From: Alphaproteobacteria bacterium
GTDB lineage: Bacteria > Pseudomonadota > Alphaproteobacteria > ATCC43930 > CGMCC-115725
Assembly: GCA_050246595.1 (NCBI GenBank)
Contig: JBFWVT010000021.1
Coordinates: forward strand, 822-64,821
Direction: 5' to 3'
Length of the DNA: 64,000 nt
Below the pieces are notes generated by a model. The model was not told where the DNA came from, did not search any database, and saw nothing but the letters and a program-made list of their open reading frames with translations. The position numbers were made by a program, and so were the translations under genes. Positions 52,788 through 61,595 of the stretch are shown here, in pieces (position 1 is the first letter of the stretch; every line of letters starts with the position of its first letter).

Positions 52788-52904
52788 ACGATCATGTTTC
52801 TGAAGGCGGCGGCGGGCTTGCGGCGGCTTTCAAAGCTTCGGGCACGGCAGGCGTCGAGTCCAGCCATAATGCTGTCGAGGCGACCCGACAACCGCCGCGA
52901 ACAC

Positions 52905-54404
52905 TCATTGTCTCTCCGCCATCGCGAGCGCTTCGCGCGCCACTGCCGCGTCGTCGAACGGCAACACCGTGCGCCCGACAATCTGCCCGGTCTCGTGCCC
53001 CTTCCCGGCGATCACCAGAACGTCGCCGCGAGCGAGACCGGCGATGGCCGCACCGATCGCCGCGCGACGGTCGCCGATCTCGACCGCGCCGGGCGCCGCC
53101 TCCAGGATCGCGCGGCGGATCGCCGCCGGGTCCTCGCTGCGGGGATTGTCATCGGTGACATAAACGAGATCGGCGAGATCGGTCGCGACGCGGCCCATCA
53201 ACGGCCGCTTGCCGCGATCGCGGTCGCCGCCGGCCCCGAAGACGACCGTGAGACGCCGCCCGGTATGCGGGCGCAGCGCGCTCAGCACCGTCGCCAGCGC
53301 ATCCGGCGTATGGGCGTAATCGACAAAGACCGGAGCGCCGGTCCCGGTCTCGTCCCCGGTCTCGCCGACAAACTGCATGCGGCCGGGCACGCCGCTCAGA
53401 TGCGGCAGCACCGCAACCGCATCCTGCGGCGCCGCGCCGGTCGCGATTGCGAGACCGAGCGCCGCCAGCACGTTCGACGCCTGAAACCCGCCGACCAGCG
53501 GCAACGAGATGTCGCTGCGCGCCCCGAACACCTCAACAGCCAGGCGCTGGCCTGACGGCAGCGGTACCCGCTCGCCGATGCGCAGTTCGCTGCCCGGCTC
53601 GCGGCCAAAGCGGATGACATCAAGACCGCGCCCGCGGCACAGCGCGGCAAGGGCGCCGGATTCGGAACTGTCCGCGTTGAGCACCGCAGTTCCGCCCGGC
53701 GTCAGCAACTCGGCGAACAGCCGCCATTTCGCCGCGCGGTACGAGTCCATGTCGCCGTGATAGTCGAGATGGTCGCGCGTCAGATTGGTAAAGGCCGCCG
53801 CCGCGGGGGCGAGGCCATCGAGCCGGAACTGCGCGAGACCGTGGCTGGAGGCCTCAAGCGCGACATGCTCGATACCGGAAGCGGCCAATTCCGCCAGATC
53901 GCGATGCAGCGCGACCGGGTCCGGCGTCGTCAGCGCGCCGGGGCGCCGCCCCTCCTGGGTCACAAGACCGAGCGTGCCGAGGCTCGCCGCCTTGTGTCCG
54001 AGCGCGGTCCAGATCTCGCGCGTGAAATGCGCCACCGAGGTTTTCCCGTTTGTGCCGGTGACGGCGACGACGGTCCGAGGCTGCCGCCGATAAAATCGCG
54101 CGGCAAGCAAGGCCAGACTTCGCGGCGGGTTCGGGTCGATGGCAACAGCCACCCGACCGCGCGTCTCGGGATCGAGCGCCAGCGCGCCCGGATCGTCGGT
54201 CAGGATCGCGACCGCGCCACGAGCGACCGCCTCGCCCGCGAAGGCGCGGCCGTCACTTTTCGTACCGCGCAGCGCGGCAAACAGAAAACCGGGTTCGACC
54301 CGACGCGAATCGGCGGTGATCCCGGCGATCTCGGGATTGCCGGAAAGGGCCTCCACAAGGTGCCCCGGAACCCCGGCGGCAGCGGTCAGCTCAATAAGAT
54401 TCAA
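52905..54404 (-). CDS. murE: UDP-N-acetylmuramoyl-L-alanyl-D-glutamate--2,6-diaminopimelate ligase
   Basis: 499 aa. AVTGTNGKTSVAHF motif and the meso-DAP specificity motif DNPR (YVTDDNPRSEDP). It is followed by a 117-nt gap and then mraY, with no murF. Confidence 0.9.
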   Translation of the reverse strand: MNLIELTAAAGVPGHLVEALSGNPEIAGITADSRRVEPGFLFAALRGTKSDGRAFAGEAVARGAVAILTDDPGALALDPETRGRVAVAIDPNPPRSLALLAARFYRRQPRTVVAVTGTNGKTSVAHFTREIWTALGHKAASLGTLGLVTQEGRRPGALTTPDPVALHRDLAELAASGIEHVALEASSHGLAQFRLDGLAPAAAAFTNLTRDHLDYHGDMDSYRAAKWRLFAELLTPGGTAVLNADSSESGALAALCRGRGLDVIRFGREPGSELRIGERVPLPSGQRLAVEVFGARSDISLPLVGGFQASNVLAALGLAIATGAAPQDAVAVLPHLSGVPGRMQFVGETGDETGTGAPVFVDYAHTPDALATVLSALRPHTGRRLTVVFGAGGDRDRGKRPLMGRVATDLADLVYVTDDNPRSEDPAAIRRAILEAAPGAVEIGDRRAAIGAAIAGLARGDVLVIAGKGHETGQIVGRTVLPFDDAAVAREALAMAERQ

Positions 54405-56172
54405 CCCGCTTTCCCTGCAAGCTCTCGACCGTCAACGCGCGCACCACTGCCGGTGATGCCTCGTCGACCGGCTGCACGCCGAGAATCGGTCCGATGCGCT
54501 GGATGATGCGGCCGGTCGCCGGGGCCGCGGTCCACCCGGCGGTCGCATAGCCATGGCTCTTCTTTGTGCCGCGCGGTTCATCGACCATGACCAGGATCGC
54601 GTATTTCGGATCGTGCATCGGGAACACCCCGACAAACGAGGACAGCAGCTTTTTCTGCTGATAGCGCCCGCCGGAATTCTTCTCGGCCGTGCCGGTCTTG
54701 CCGCCGACGACATAACCGGGAGCCGCCGCGAACCTGGCCGTGCCGTGCTGCACGACGAGCCGCATCAGCTTGCGCATGCTCTCCGAGGTTTTCTGCGCCA
54801 TCACCCGCTCGCCGGGCGGGATCGCGCCGGCCGGCACCTTGCGCAAGGTCGGTTGGCGCAGAATGCCGCCATTAACTACCGCCGATACCGCGGTCACCAT
54901 GTGCAGCGGCGTCACCGAGATGCCGTGCCCGTAGGCGATCGTCATGACGGCGATCTCTTTCCAGTTCTTCACTGGCGGATAACTCGGCTTGCCGACTTCG
55001 TCGAGTTCGATCGACAGCGGCCCTAACAGCCCGAGGCGTCCGAGAAAATTGCGCTGCCGCTCGGCCCCGGCATCGACCGCCATGCGCGCCGAGCCGATAT
55101 TCGACGAGTACATGAAGATTTCCGGGGTGCTGAGCCAGCGGTTCTTGCCGCGATAATCATCGATCGTGAACCGCCCGATGCGGATCGCGCGGCTCGCATC
55201 GTAGCCTCCTCTCATCGACGTGACCCCGGCATCGAGCGCCATCGCCGTGTTAAAGATCTTGAAGACCGATCCCAGCTCGTAGACGCCGAGCGTGATCTTG
55301 TTGAAGGTCCGCTCCCTGGCCTGCTCGGGCGGCAGTTTCGGATCGACGGCGGCGGGGTGGTTCGGATCGAAATCGGGCAGCGACACCATCGCGATGACCT
55401 CGCCGGTGTTGACATCCATGACGATGCCGGCGCCGCCCTTGGCGCTGAACTCGTTGATGATCTTGCTCAGCTCATCGTGCACGATGAATTGCACGCGGGC
55501 ATCGAGAGACAGTTGCAGCGGCCCCGAGCCGCTTTTCATCGTGTCGTCGAGCGCCCGCTCGATACCGGCCAACCCGTTATTGTCGATGCCGCAGAACCCG
55601 ACGACATGCGAGGCCAGATCGCCATACGGGTAGACGCGGCGCTCCTCGTCGAGGAATTGCAGCCCCGGAATGCCGAGGCGGTTGATCTGGTATTGCTGCG
55701 TCGGCGTCATGCGGCGCTTGATCCAGACAAAACTCTTGCCCGATTCCAGCCTGGCGCGGATATCGGCCTCGTTGAGCCGGGGCAAAACCGAGAGAATGGC
55801 CCGGGTCGCCTCGCGAGCGTCGGGGATGTGGCGAGTATCGGCATAGAGCGACGGGGTGCTCAGCGTCGTCGCCAGGAGCTGCCCGTTGCGGTCGAGGATG
55901 TCGGCGCGGGTCGGCGGCGGCGGTGCGGCCGGCCGCACCCGTCCGGCATGCGCTTCCGCCACGCCGTCCAGGAACAGCGGCATCGTCAGCAAGCGCAGCG
56001 CCACGACCAGAAACACGACCGCGAACACACAAGCCACCATCACAAGCCGGGCGCGACAGGTCTCGACGGCAGCGGCATGGCGCTCGTCGGTGACGGCCGG
56101 CGCGCCGGCCGGCAACGGCCGGAAATGCCGCGGCCGGCACGGGTGCTCGTCGATCCGCACAACCGGTTGCAT
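54391..56172 (-). CDS. ftsI: Division-specific class B penicillin-binding protein (PBP3)
   Basis: Start at ATG 56172 (MQPVVRIDEH...), followed by a TM helix. Transpeptidase motifs SVFK (SxxK), SSN and KTGT. It overlaps murE by 14 nt. Confidence 0.92.
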   Translation of the reverse strand: MQPVVRIDEHPCRPRHFRPLPAGAPAVTDERHAAAVETCRARLVMVACVFAVVFLVVALRLLTMPLFLDGVAEAHAGRVRPAAPPPPTRADILDRNGQLLATTLSTPSLYADTRHIPDAREATRAILSVLPRLNEADIRARLESGKSFVWIKRRMTPTQQYQINRLGIPGLQFLDEERRVYPYGDLASHVVGFCGIDNNGLAGIERALDDTMKSGSGPLQLSLDARVQFIVHDELSKIINEFSAKGGAGIVMDVNTGEVIAMVSLPDFDPNHPAAVDPKLPPEQARERTFNKITLGVYELGSVFKIFNTAMALDAGVTSMRGGYDASRAIRIGRFTIDDYRGKNRWLSTPEIFMYSSNIGSARMAVDAGAERQRNFLGRLGLLGPLSIELDEVGKPSYPPVKNWKEIAVMTIAYGHGISVTPLHMVTAVSAVVNGGILRQPTLRKVPAGAIPPGERVMAQKTSESMRKLMRLVVQHGTARFAAAPGYVVGGKTGTAEKNSGGRYQQKKLLSSFVGVFPMHDPKYAILVMVDEPRGTKKSHGYATAGWTAAPATGRIIQRIGPILGVQPVDEASPAVVRALTVESLQGKRVESY

Positions 56173-57023
56173 CAGCGGGTATCGGCGATTTTCGAGATCA
56201 GCGCATCGAGCGAGGCGGGGTTTGCCCTGGCCAGCCGCATCCGCGGGGTCTGCTCGCCGATATCGGCGCCAAGCATGCGGCGCGCTTCGGCCAGAGCGAC
56301 CGCCCCGTCCGTCGGAGAATCGGCGGCCCGCGCCGCGGCACTTCCAGCCTCCGGGCCGGCAGCTTTGGCGGCCCGCGCCGCGGCGATCGGGGCTGCCTTG
56401 GCCGGCCACATAAGCGGGTTCTGGCCGCCGGCGTCAAACCCGAGCAGGTGCAGCGCCTCGGCCAGCGCGACCGCCCGGTCCGCCGAGCCGTCTTCTATGC
56501 GCGCGCCCTCCCCATCGGCGGGCCGTGCGCCGATCCTCCCGCTTTCCCGGCCGCTTGCCTCGGCAACCTGCGCCGCATGAGTCGACCTCCCGGCCACTAT
56601 CGGAATTTCGGCGACCACGGTCCCGCCGGCGCGTGCCGCCGGCGCCGGCGTGGCGGCGAGCGTCGCCGCGAACGGGCCTGCGACGCCCGGTGCGGCGGCC
56701 GGCGGGGTCGCGGCGATCATCGTGTCGGGAATCCCGGCCGGCGGTGCGCGCAGCGCAATCTCCTCGATCCGCCCTTGAAGCTGCTTTGCGGTCATCGGAG
56801 CAAGCTGCAGAAAATTGCGGTTCAGCTCGGCGAGCCGGTCCGGCTGGTTCAGATAGGCCCACTCCGCGGTCAGAACGCGGCTCTCCTGCTGCGCGGCGAC
56901 AGTCTCCCGCTGCACGCGGGCCAGTTCGTCCTCGATCCCCTGGACCGCGTATTTGACATTGAAGGTCGCGAACCCGCTCGCCAAGACGAGCCCGCCCCAG
57001 AACACCGCCCCCAGTCGTGTCAT
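56172..57023 (-). CDS. ftsL: FtsL-like division protein with a long repeat-containing C-terminal extension
   Basis: N-terminal TM helix plus coiled coil (MTRLGAVFWGGLVLASGFATFNVKYAVQGIEDELARVQRE...LNQPDRLAELNRNFL) in the canonical position between rsmH and ftsI. At 283 aa it is about twice the usual size. Confidence 0.65.
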   Translation of the reverse strand: MTRLGAVFWGGLVLASGFATFNVKYAVQGIEDELARVQRETVAAQQESRVLTAEWAYLNQPDRLAELNRNFLQLAPMTAKQLQGRIEEIALRAPPAGIPDTMIAATPPAAAPGVAGPFAATLAATPAPAARAGGTVVAEIPIVAGRSTHAAQVAEASGRESGRIGARPADGEGARIEDGSADRAVALAEALHLLGFDAGGQNPLMWPAKAAPIAAARAAKAAGPEAGSAAARAADSPTDGAVALAEARRMLGADIGEQTPRMRLARANPASLDALISKIADTR

Positions 57024-57044
57024 GCGATCGTCCCCCTGCCGATC

Positions 57045-58109
57045 TCATCTCCCCCCACCGATGCCGCCGTTCCCCCACGGCGGCATCGATGTACGCTCGG
57101 CCGCCCGCAGACGCGCCGAGCGGGCGCGCGGATTGCGCGCGACCTCGTCCGCCTGCGGTCGCACCGCCCGGCGCCCGAGCAGGCGAAAACTTGGCGGTCT
57201 TGCGGGCGCAGATGCGGGCATGTGGCGCGATATCGAAGCCGCCCCGCCGCCGCGCTCGCGCAGAAATGATTTTACGCGAGTGTCCTCAAGCGAGTGAAAC
57301 GAAACCACCGCGAGACGGCCGCCCGGCATCAGCAGCCGCTCGGCGCCGGCCAAGCCGCGGTCCAGCTCGCCCAGTTCGTCATTGACCGCGATGCGCAGCG
57401 CCTGAAACGTGCGGGTCGCCGGATCAAGTCCGGGTTCGCGCGTCGGGACCGCCCGGCGCACGATCTCGGCCAGCTCGCCGGTGCGTCGAATCGGGGCATG
57501 CTGACGCGCCACGACAATCGCCCGCGCGATGCGGCGGGCGAAGCGCTCCTCGCCGAGCGTGCGGATCAGCCGGTCGAGTTCGTCTTCGCCGAGACGCGCG
57601 ACAAGGTCCGCCGCGCTTTCGCCCTCCGCGCTCATGCGCATGTCGAGCGGCCCGTCAAGCCGGAACGAAAAACCGCGCTCGGCGGTATCGAGCTGCAGCG
57701 AGGAGATCCCAAGATCGAGCGCGACGCCGGCGACCGGACCGGGAGAAGCCGCTGCGACGAGCCGCTCCATGTCGCCAAACCGGCCCTCGATCAGTTGCAG
57801 GCGCCCCGCATGTGCGGCCGCGAGCGCAGCGCCGCGACGCAGCGCGGCGGGATCGCGGTCGATCCCGACGACAGAGCATTGCGCCGCCGCGAGCAGCGCC
57901 GCGCTGTAGCCGCCGGCGCCGAACGTGCCGTCGATGTAGACCGCGCCGTCGCGCGGCGCGAGCGTCGCAACCATCGCATCGCGTAGTACCGGGACGTGAC
58001 CCGAGGAAATATGGCCCGAGCCGGTTTCGCCAGCACCCGACCCCTCCGGTCGGGGCGTCTCGCCGTTCTCCGGCTCCGATCGTGCCGCTCTCGCCCTGGC
58101 GCGCGTCAC
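57045..58109 (-). CDS. rsmH: 16S rRNA (cytosine1402-N4)-methyltransferase
   Basis: Motifs HVPVLRDA and VYIDGTFGAGGYS. There is no ATG upstream of these motifs except the implausible one at 58442. GTG 58109 overlaps the mraZ stop (GTGA), giving 354 aa. Confidence 0.85.
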   Translation of the reverse strand: MTRARARAARSEPENGETPRPEGSGAGETGSGHISSGHVPVLRDAMVATLAPRDGAVYIDGTFGAGGYSAALLAAAQCSVVGIDRDPAALRRGAALAAAHAGRLQLIEGRFGDMERLVAAASPGPVAGVALDLGISSLQLDTAERGFSFRLDGPLDMRMSAEGESAADLVARLGEDELDRLIRTLGEERFARRIARAIVVARQHAPIRRTGELAEIVRRAVPTREPGLDPATRTFQALRIAVNDELGELDRGLAGAERLLMPGGRLAVVSFHSLEDTRVKSFLRERGGGAASISRHMPASAPARPPSFRLLGRRAVRPQADEVARNPRARSARLRAAERTSMPPWGNGGIGGGR

Positions 58110-58588
58110 GCCTCGCCTCCGCTCGGGCGCCGAGCCGCGCCGCCGCGCGGCGGCAAGGTCGTTCCCTGCCGGCGCGAGCGTTCGCGAACCGCGGCGCGGT
58201 GCTCCTCGTAGCGCGCCGGGTCCCAGAGCTGGAACATCGCCCCGAGACCGACAAACGCGACATCGCACTCGATCCCGGCATGCTCCTTGAGGCGCTCGGG
58301 CAGGATGACCCGGCCCTCGGGGTCCATCGTCATCGGATGCGAGTCGGCGAAAAGCTGGGTCAGGTTTTCGTATTCGTCGGAGAACTGTTCGAGCGTATCG
58401 ATCCGCTCCTGCATTTCCTCGATGCGGTTGCTGCCGGTACATTCGACGGCCGGGACGCGCAATGAAGGAAATGCAACCACCAGGTTCGGCTGACGATTGG
58501 CAGCGAGGGTGGAGCGGAAGGTCGCCGGCACTGAAACTCGCCCCTTGCGGTCGACCTTATTCACGTAAGTGGAAAGAAACAGTTCCAC
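58106..58588 (-). CDS. mraZ: Transcriptional regulator MraZ
   Basis: Two SpoVT/AbrB-like repeats (VDRKGRVSVPATFR and MDPEGRVILPERL). The proposed GTG start at 58588 (VELFLSTYVNKVD) follows GGGGGAAGC and gives 160 aa. The ORF-track ATG at 58753 would add 55 residues and overlap the predicted promoter. Confidence 0.85.
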   Translation of the reverse strand: MELFLSTYVNKVDRKGRVSVPATFRSTLAANRQPNLVVAFPSLRVPAVECTGSNRIEEMQERIDTLEQFSDEYENLTQLFADSHPMTMDPEGRVILPERLKEHAGIECDVAFVGLGAMFQLWDPARYEEHRAAVRERSRRQGTTLPPRGGAARRPSGGEA

Positions 58589-58678
58589 TTGCTTCCCCCA
58601 ACGCTCCCCCAAAGACGTCCGGCAAGGGGCGGGCCCGGCTACACCATCGGTTCCCCCCAGAACGATGGTGTTCGCCCA

Positions 58679-58724
58679 TGGGTGTATATGGGATAGCACG
58701 GGATCAGATGGGCCGTCAATGGGA
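58679..58724 (-). promoter_or_regulatory. Putative Pmra promoter overlapped by five phased [T/C]GGG repeats (candidate MraZ operator)
   Basis: On the plus strand, TGGG occurs at 58679, 58689, 58709 and 58720 and CGGG at 58699, a 10-11 nt period. The minus strand reads TTGACG (58719-58714)-N17-CTATCC (58696-58691). The site is about 100 nt upstream of the mraZ GTG. Confidence 0.45.
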
Positions 58725-59042
58725 TTCTGGATGAAAGAATCTCTAACAGGCAAAATATTGGAATAATGGGCATTTCTAGCGCATCATGTAGTGGCGGCAG
58801 AGACATAGCGCGTCATCCGATTATTTGTTTTCTTTTTGTTCTTTTCTTGACCGAGTAACACTTGGTAACAGGTTGTCGATGCGGCAGAATTGGGGTCCGC
58901 TGGCTGTTTGCCGGCGCTCTGCCAGCCTCTTCACGCCCCGGGAGAACGCTGTAGGCCCGTGGCGGGCGAGCGCGGCGGCGGGTCCGGCGGGTTCGGGGAA
59001 AACTCAACCTATGGTTTTATCATCATCGCTTCAGGTTAAAAC

Positions 59043-59505
59043 GCCAGACGGTCTGTAAGCCGGGTTCTGTCCCGCCGCGCCTCCATGACAGGGATGGCGC
59101 GACGGGGATGGCCATTCATCTGGGGCGTTCGTCGCCGAACGCCTCGCGCGACCGACCCGAGCGGCGGCGCGGCAGGCCCGCCCGGCGGCACCCCCGCCGT
59201 AAGCTGGTGCCGCCTGCCGCTCCTACTTGGTCTTGCTCCCGGTGGGGTTTGCCCTGCCGCCGCCGTTGCCGGCGGCGCGGTGCGCTCTTACCGCACCATT
59301 TCACCCTTGCCGCCCCATACCGCCCCGTGGGCCGTCCCACCGGACGACGGGGTGCGGCGGTGTGTTTCTGTGGCACTTTCCCTGGGGTCGCCCCCGCCGG
59401 GGATTACCCGGCACCGTGCCTCCGTGGAGCCCGGACTTTCCTCCCTCCGCCGGCTCGGGATCTATCCCGGAGCCGGAAGGAGAGCGGCCATCCGACCGTC
59501 TGGCA
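59043..59505 (-). ncRNA. rnpB: RNase P RNA, bacterial type A
   Basis: The minus strand contains the universal P4 halves GGAGGAAAGUCCGGGCUCC (5') and ACAGAACCCGGCUUAC (3'). It also has GGUGAAAUGGUGCGGUAAGAGCGCACCGCG and terminal P1 pairing CCAGACGGUC/GACCGUCUGG. ORFs 59085..59513 and the first ~200 codons of 59108..61414 are spurious translations of it. Confidence 0.92.
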
Positions 59506-59713
59506 TCGGATAATGTGGGATGTCCCTCTCAAGCTGCAAACCGCCGGGCCGAATCGCGACCGCAGTTCGGCGTCACCCGATTCGGCCTCGGCCGATGTTC
59601 ACCGCCTGCATGGCTCGGCCCCCATCCATGCGGCGATAGCGCGCATCGGGCGCCGTCTTCGATGCTACACTCGACCGCAGCGCCGGGATGGCCCGGACCG
59701 AGGAGGAAAACGG

Positions 59714-61414
59714 ATGGCGTATGACCTGCTGATCAAGAACGGCCTCATTGTCGACGGCTCGGGAATGCCGGCGTTTCGCGGCGATGTCGGCGTGAAGAAC
59801 GGCAAGATTGCCGAAATCGGCAAATTGTCGTCGCCGGCGAGCCGCACGATCGATGCCGATGGAAGCGCCGTCGCGCCCGGCTTTATCGACAATCACTGCC
59901 ATTACGACGCGCAGGTCACCTGGGACCCGCTCTGCACCTTTTCGCCCGAGCACGGCGCGACGAGTGTGATTTTCGGCAATTGCTCGCTGAGCCTCGCGCC
60001 GGTGCGCAAGGGCGGCGAACTCAGACTCGCCGAGTTCCTGTCCTATGTCGAAGCGATCCCGATGGAGGTGCTCAAGACCATCGAGTTCGACTGGGAGACG
60101 GTTCCGGATTACATGGAGCGGCTCGACAACCATCTCGGGATCAATATCGGCAATCTGATCGGCCACACGGCGGTGCGCCATTACGTGATGGGCGACGACT
60201 GCCAGAAGCCCGGCGCCACCGAGGACCAGATCAAACAGATGCGCGACCTCGTGCGCGAGGGCATGGCGGCCGGGGCGCTGGGGTTCTCGGTGTCGCGCGA
60301 GAAGGGACATTTCGACCCGCAGGGTGTGCTGATCCCGGCGCTGTGGGCCGACGAAAACGAAATCTTCCAGCTCTGCGACGTATTGCGCGAGATGGGCACC
60401 GGCACGATCCAGGCCGGCGGCGGCCAGTATGTCGAGCTGAAGGACGGCATGATGCGCCGCCTCGCCGACGCGACCGGCCGCACCGTCGTCTACAACTCGC
60501 TGTCGCAGACGATGCGCCGCCCCGACGAGTGGAAAATCCACATGGCGCGTATCGAGGAGACCGCCTCGCTCGGTATCCGCGCCTACCCGATGTGCAGCCC
60601 GAACCGGGTGACGCAGGATTTCACGATGAAGAACACGCAGGTCTTCCGCGGCCTGCCGACCTGGCACCCGATCCTGTTGAGGTCGGACGACGAAAAGCTG
60701 CGCCTCTACGCCGATCCCGAAATCCGCGCCAAATTGCACGAGGAAGCGATCGTCAACAAACCCGACGCCGCGGTCGGCATCTCGAAGACCTGGTGGAACT
60801 ACATCTGGGTCAACGAGCCGGTTCTCGAAAAAAACAAGTGGATGCAGTTCAAGTCGATCGGCCAGATCGCCGAGGCGCAGAAGAAGGGCGTCATCGACGC
60901 GTTCCTCGATCTCGTCGTCGAGGAAAAGCTCGAAACCCGCTTCCTGCAAGCCGAGAACAATATCGACGACGAGGCGCTGTCAAAAATCCTGACGCACCCG
61001 AACGCGGTGATCGGCCTTGGCGACGGCGGCGCGCACGTCCAGTTCCACGGCGGCTACGGCTATCTGACCAAGCTCCTGGGCGAATGGGTCCGCGAGAAGC
61101 AGATCATGTCCTTGGAGCAGGCGGTGCGCCGGCTGACTTTTGATTCGGCCTCGACCTTCGGCCTTTATGACCGAGGCTTGCTACGCCCCGGTCTGGCGGC
61201 CGATATCGTGATCTTCGATCCCGCCACCGTGAAGTGCGGCAAGGAAGAAGTCGTGCACGACTTCCCGGCCGGCGGCTGGCGCATCAAGGAAACCTCCGAG
61301 GGCGTCTCGCACACGATCGTCAACGGTCAGGTGCTGCTTGAAGACAAGAAGCACACCGGGGCCCTGCCCGGCCGCGTGCTGCGCAACACCCACTGGCACG
61401 CCAACCACGGCTGA
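59714..61414 (+). CDS. N-acyl-D-amino-acid deacylase (D-aminoacylase) family amidohydrolase
   Basis: Start at ATG 59714 with AGGAGG 8 nt upstream (MAYDLLIKNGLIVDGSGMPAFRGDVGVKNGKIAEIG). Metal-binding motif PGFIDNHCHYD, 566 aa. Confidence 0.85.
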   Translation: MAYDLLIKNGLIVDGSGMPAFRGDVGVKNGKIAEIGKLSSPASRTIDADGSAVAPGFIDNHCHYDAQVTWDPLCTFSPEHGATSVIFGNCSLSLAPVRKGGELRLAEFLSYVEAIPMEVLKTIEFDWETVPDYMERLDNHLGINIGNLIGHTAVRHYVMGDDCQKPGATEDQIKQMRDLVREGMAAGALGFSVSREKGHFDPQGVLIPALWADENEIFQLCDVLREMGTGTIQAGGGQYVELKDGMMRRLADATGRTVVYNSLSQTMRRPDEWKIHMARIEETASLGIRAYPMCSPNRVTQDFTMKNTQVFRGLPTWHPILLRSDDEKLRLYADPEIRAKLHEEAIVNKPDAAVGISKTWWNYIWVNEPVLEKNKWMQFKSIGQIAEAQKKGVIDAFLDLVVEEKLETRFLQAENNIDDEALSKILTHPNAVIGLGDGGAHVQFHGGYGYLTKLLGEWVREKQIMSLEQAVRRLTFDSASTFGLYDRGLLRPGLAADIVIFDPATVKCGKEEVVHDFPAGGWRIKETSEGVSHTIVNGQVLLEDKKHTGALPGRVLRNTHWHANHG

Positions 61415-61430
61415 CGGATCGGGGGCGGAG

Positions 61431-61580
61431 GGGCTCGCACCCCCACCCTGCCCTCCCCCGCCAGCGGGGGAGGGTTGTTTATGGTGCGGCGGCCGTTCTG
61501 ACTCGGGACAACACGAGGCACCCGCGCCAAAGCGTCCCCTCCCCCGCTGGCGGGGGAGGGCAGGGTGGGGGTATTCCGGG
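61431..61580. repeat. Inverted pair of REP elements between convergent genes
   Basis: ccccaccctgccctcccccgccagcgggggaggg (about 61441-61474) and its inverted copy cccctcccccgctggcgggggagggcagggtggggg (about 61538-61573). Confidence 0.7.
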
Positions 61581-61595
61581 CAAAGACTCGCGCGA

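Noticed and set aside
52905-54404. Possibility that this Mur ligase is MurF rather than MurE (which would change the 'missing gene' claim)
   Set aside because: It carries the DNPR meso-DAP motif (DDNPRSEDP) and a MurE-like N-terminus and length, and it sits directly after ftsI, as murE does.
59108-59713. N-terminal 202-codon extension of the D-aminoacylase ORF, and ORF 59085..59513
   Set aside because: The region is RNase P RNA on the opposite strand. The amidohydrolase has a strong AGGAGG-N8-ATG start at 59714.
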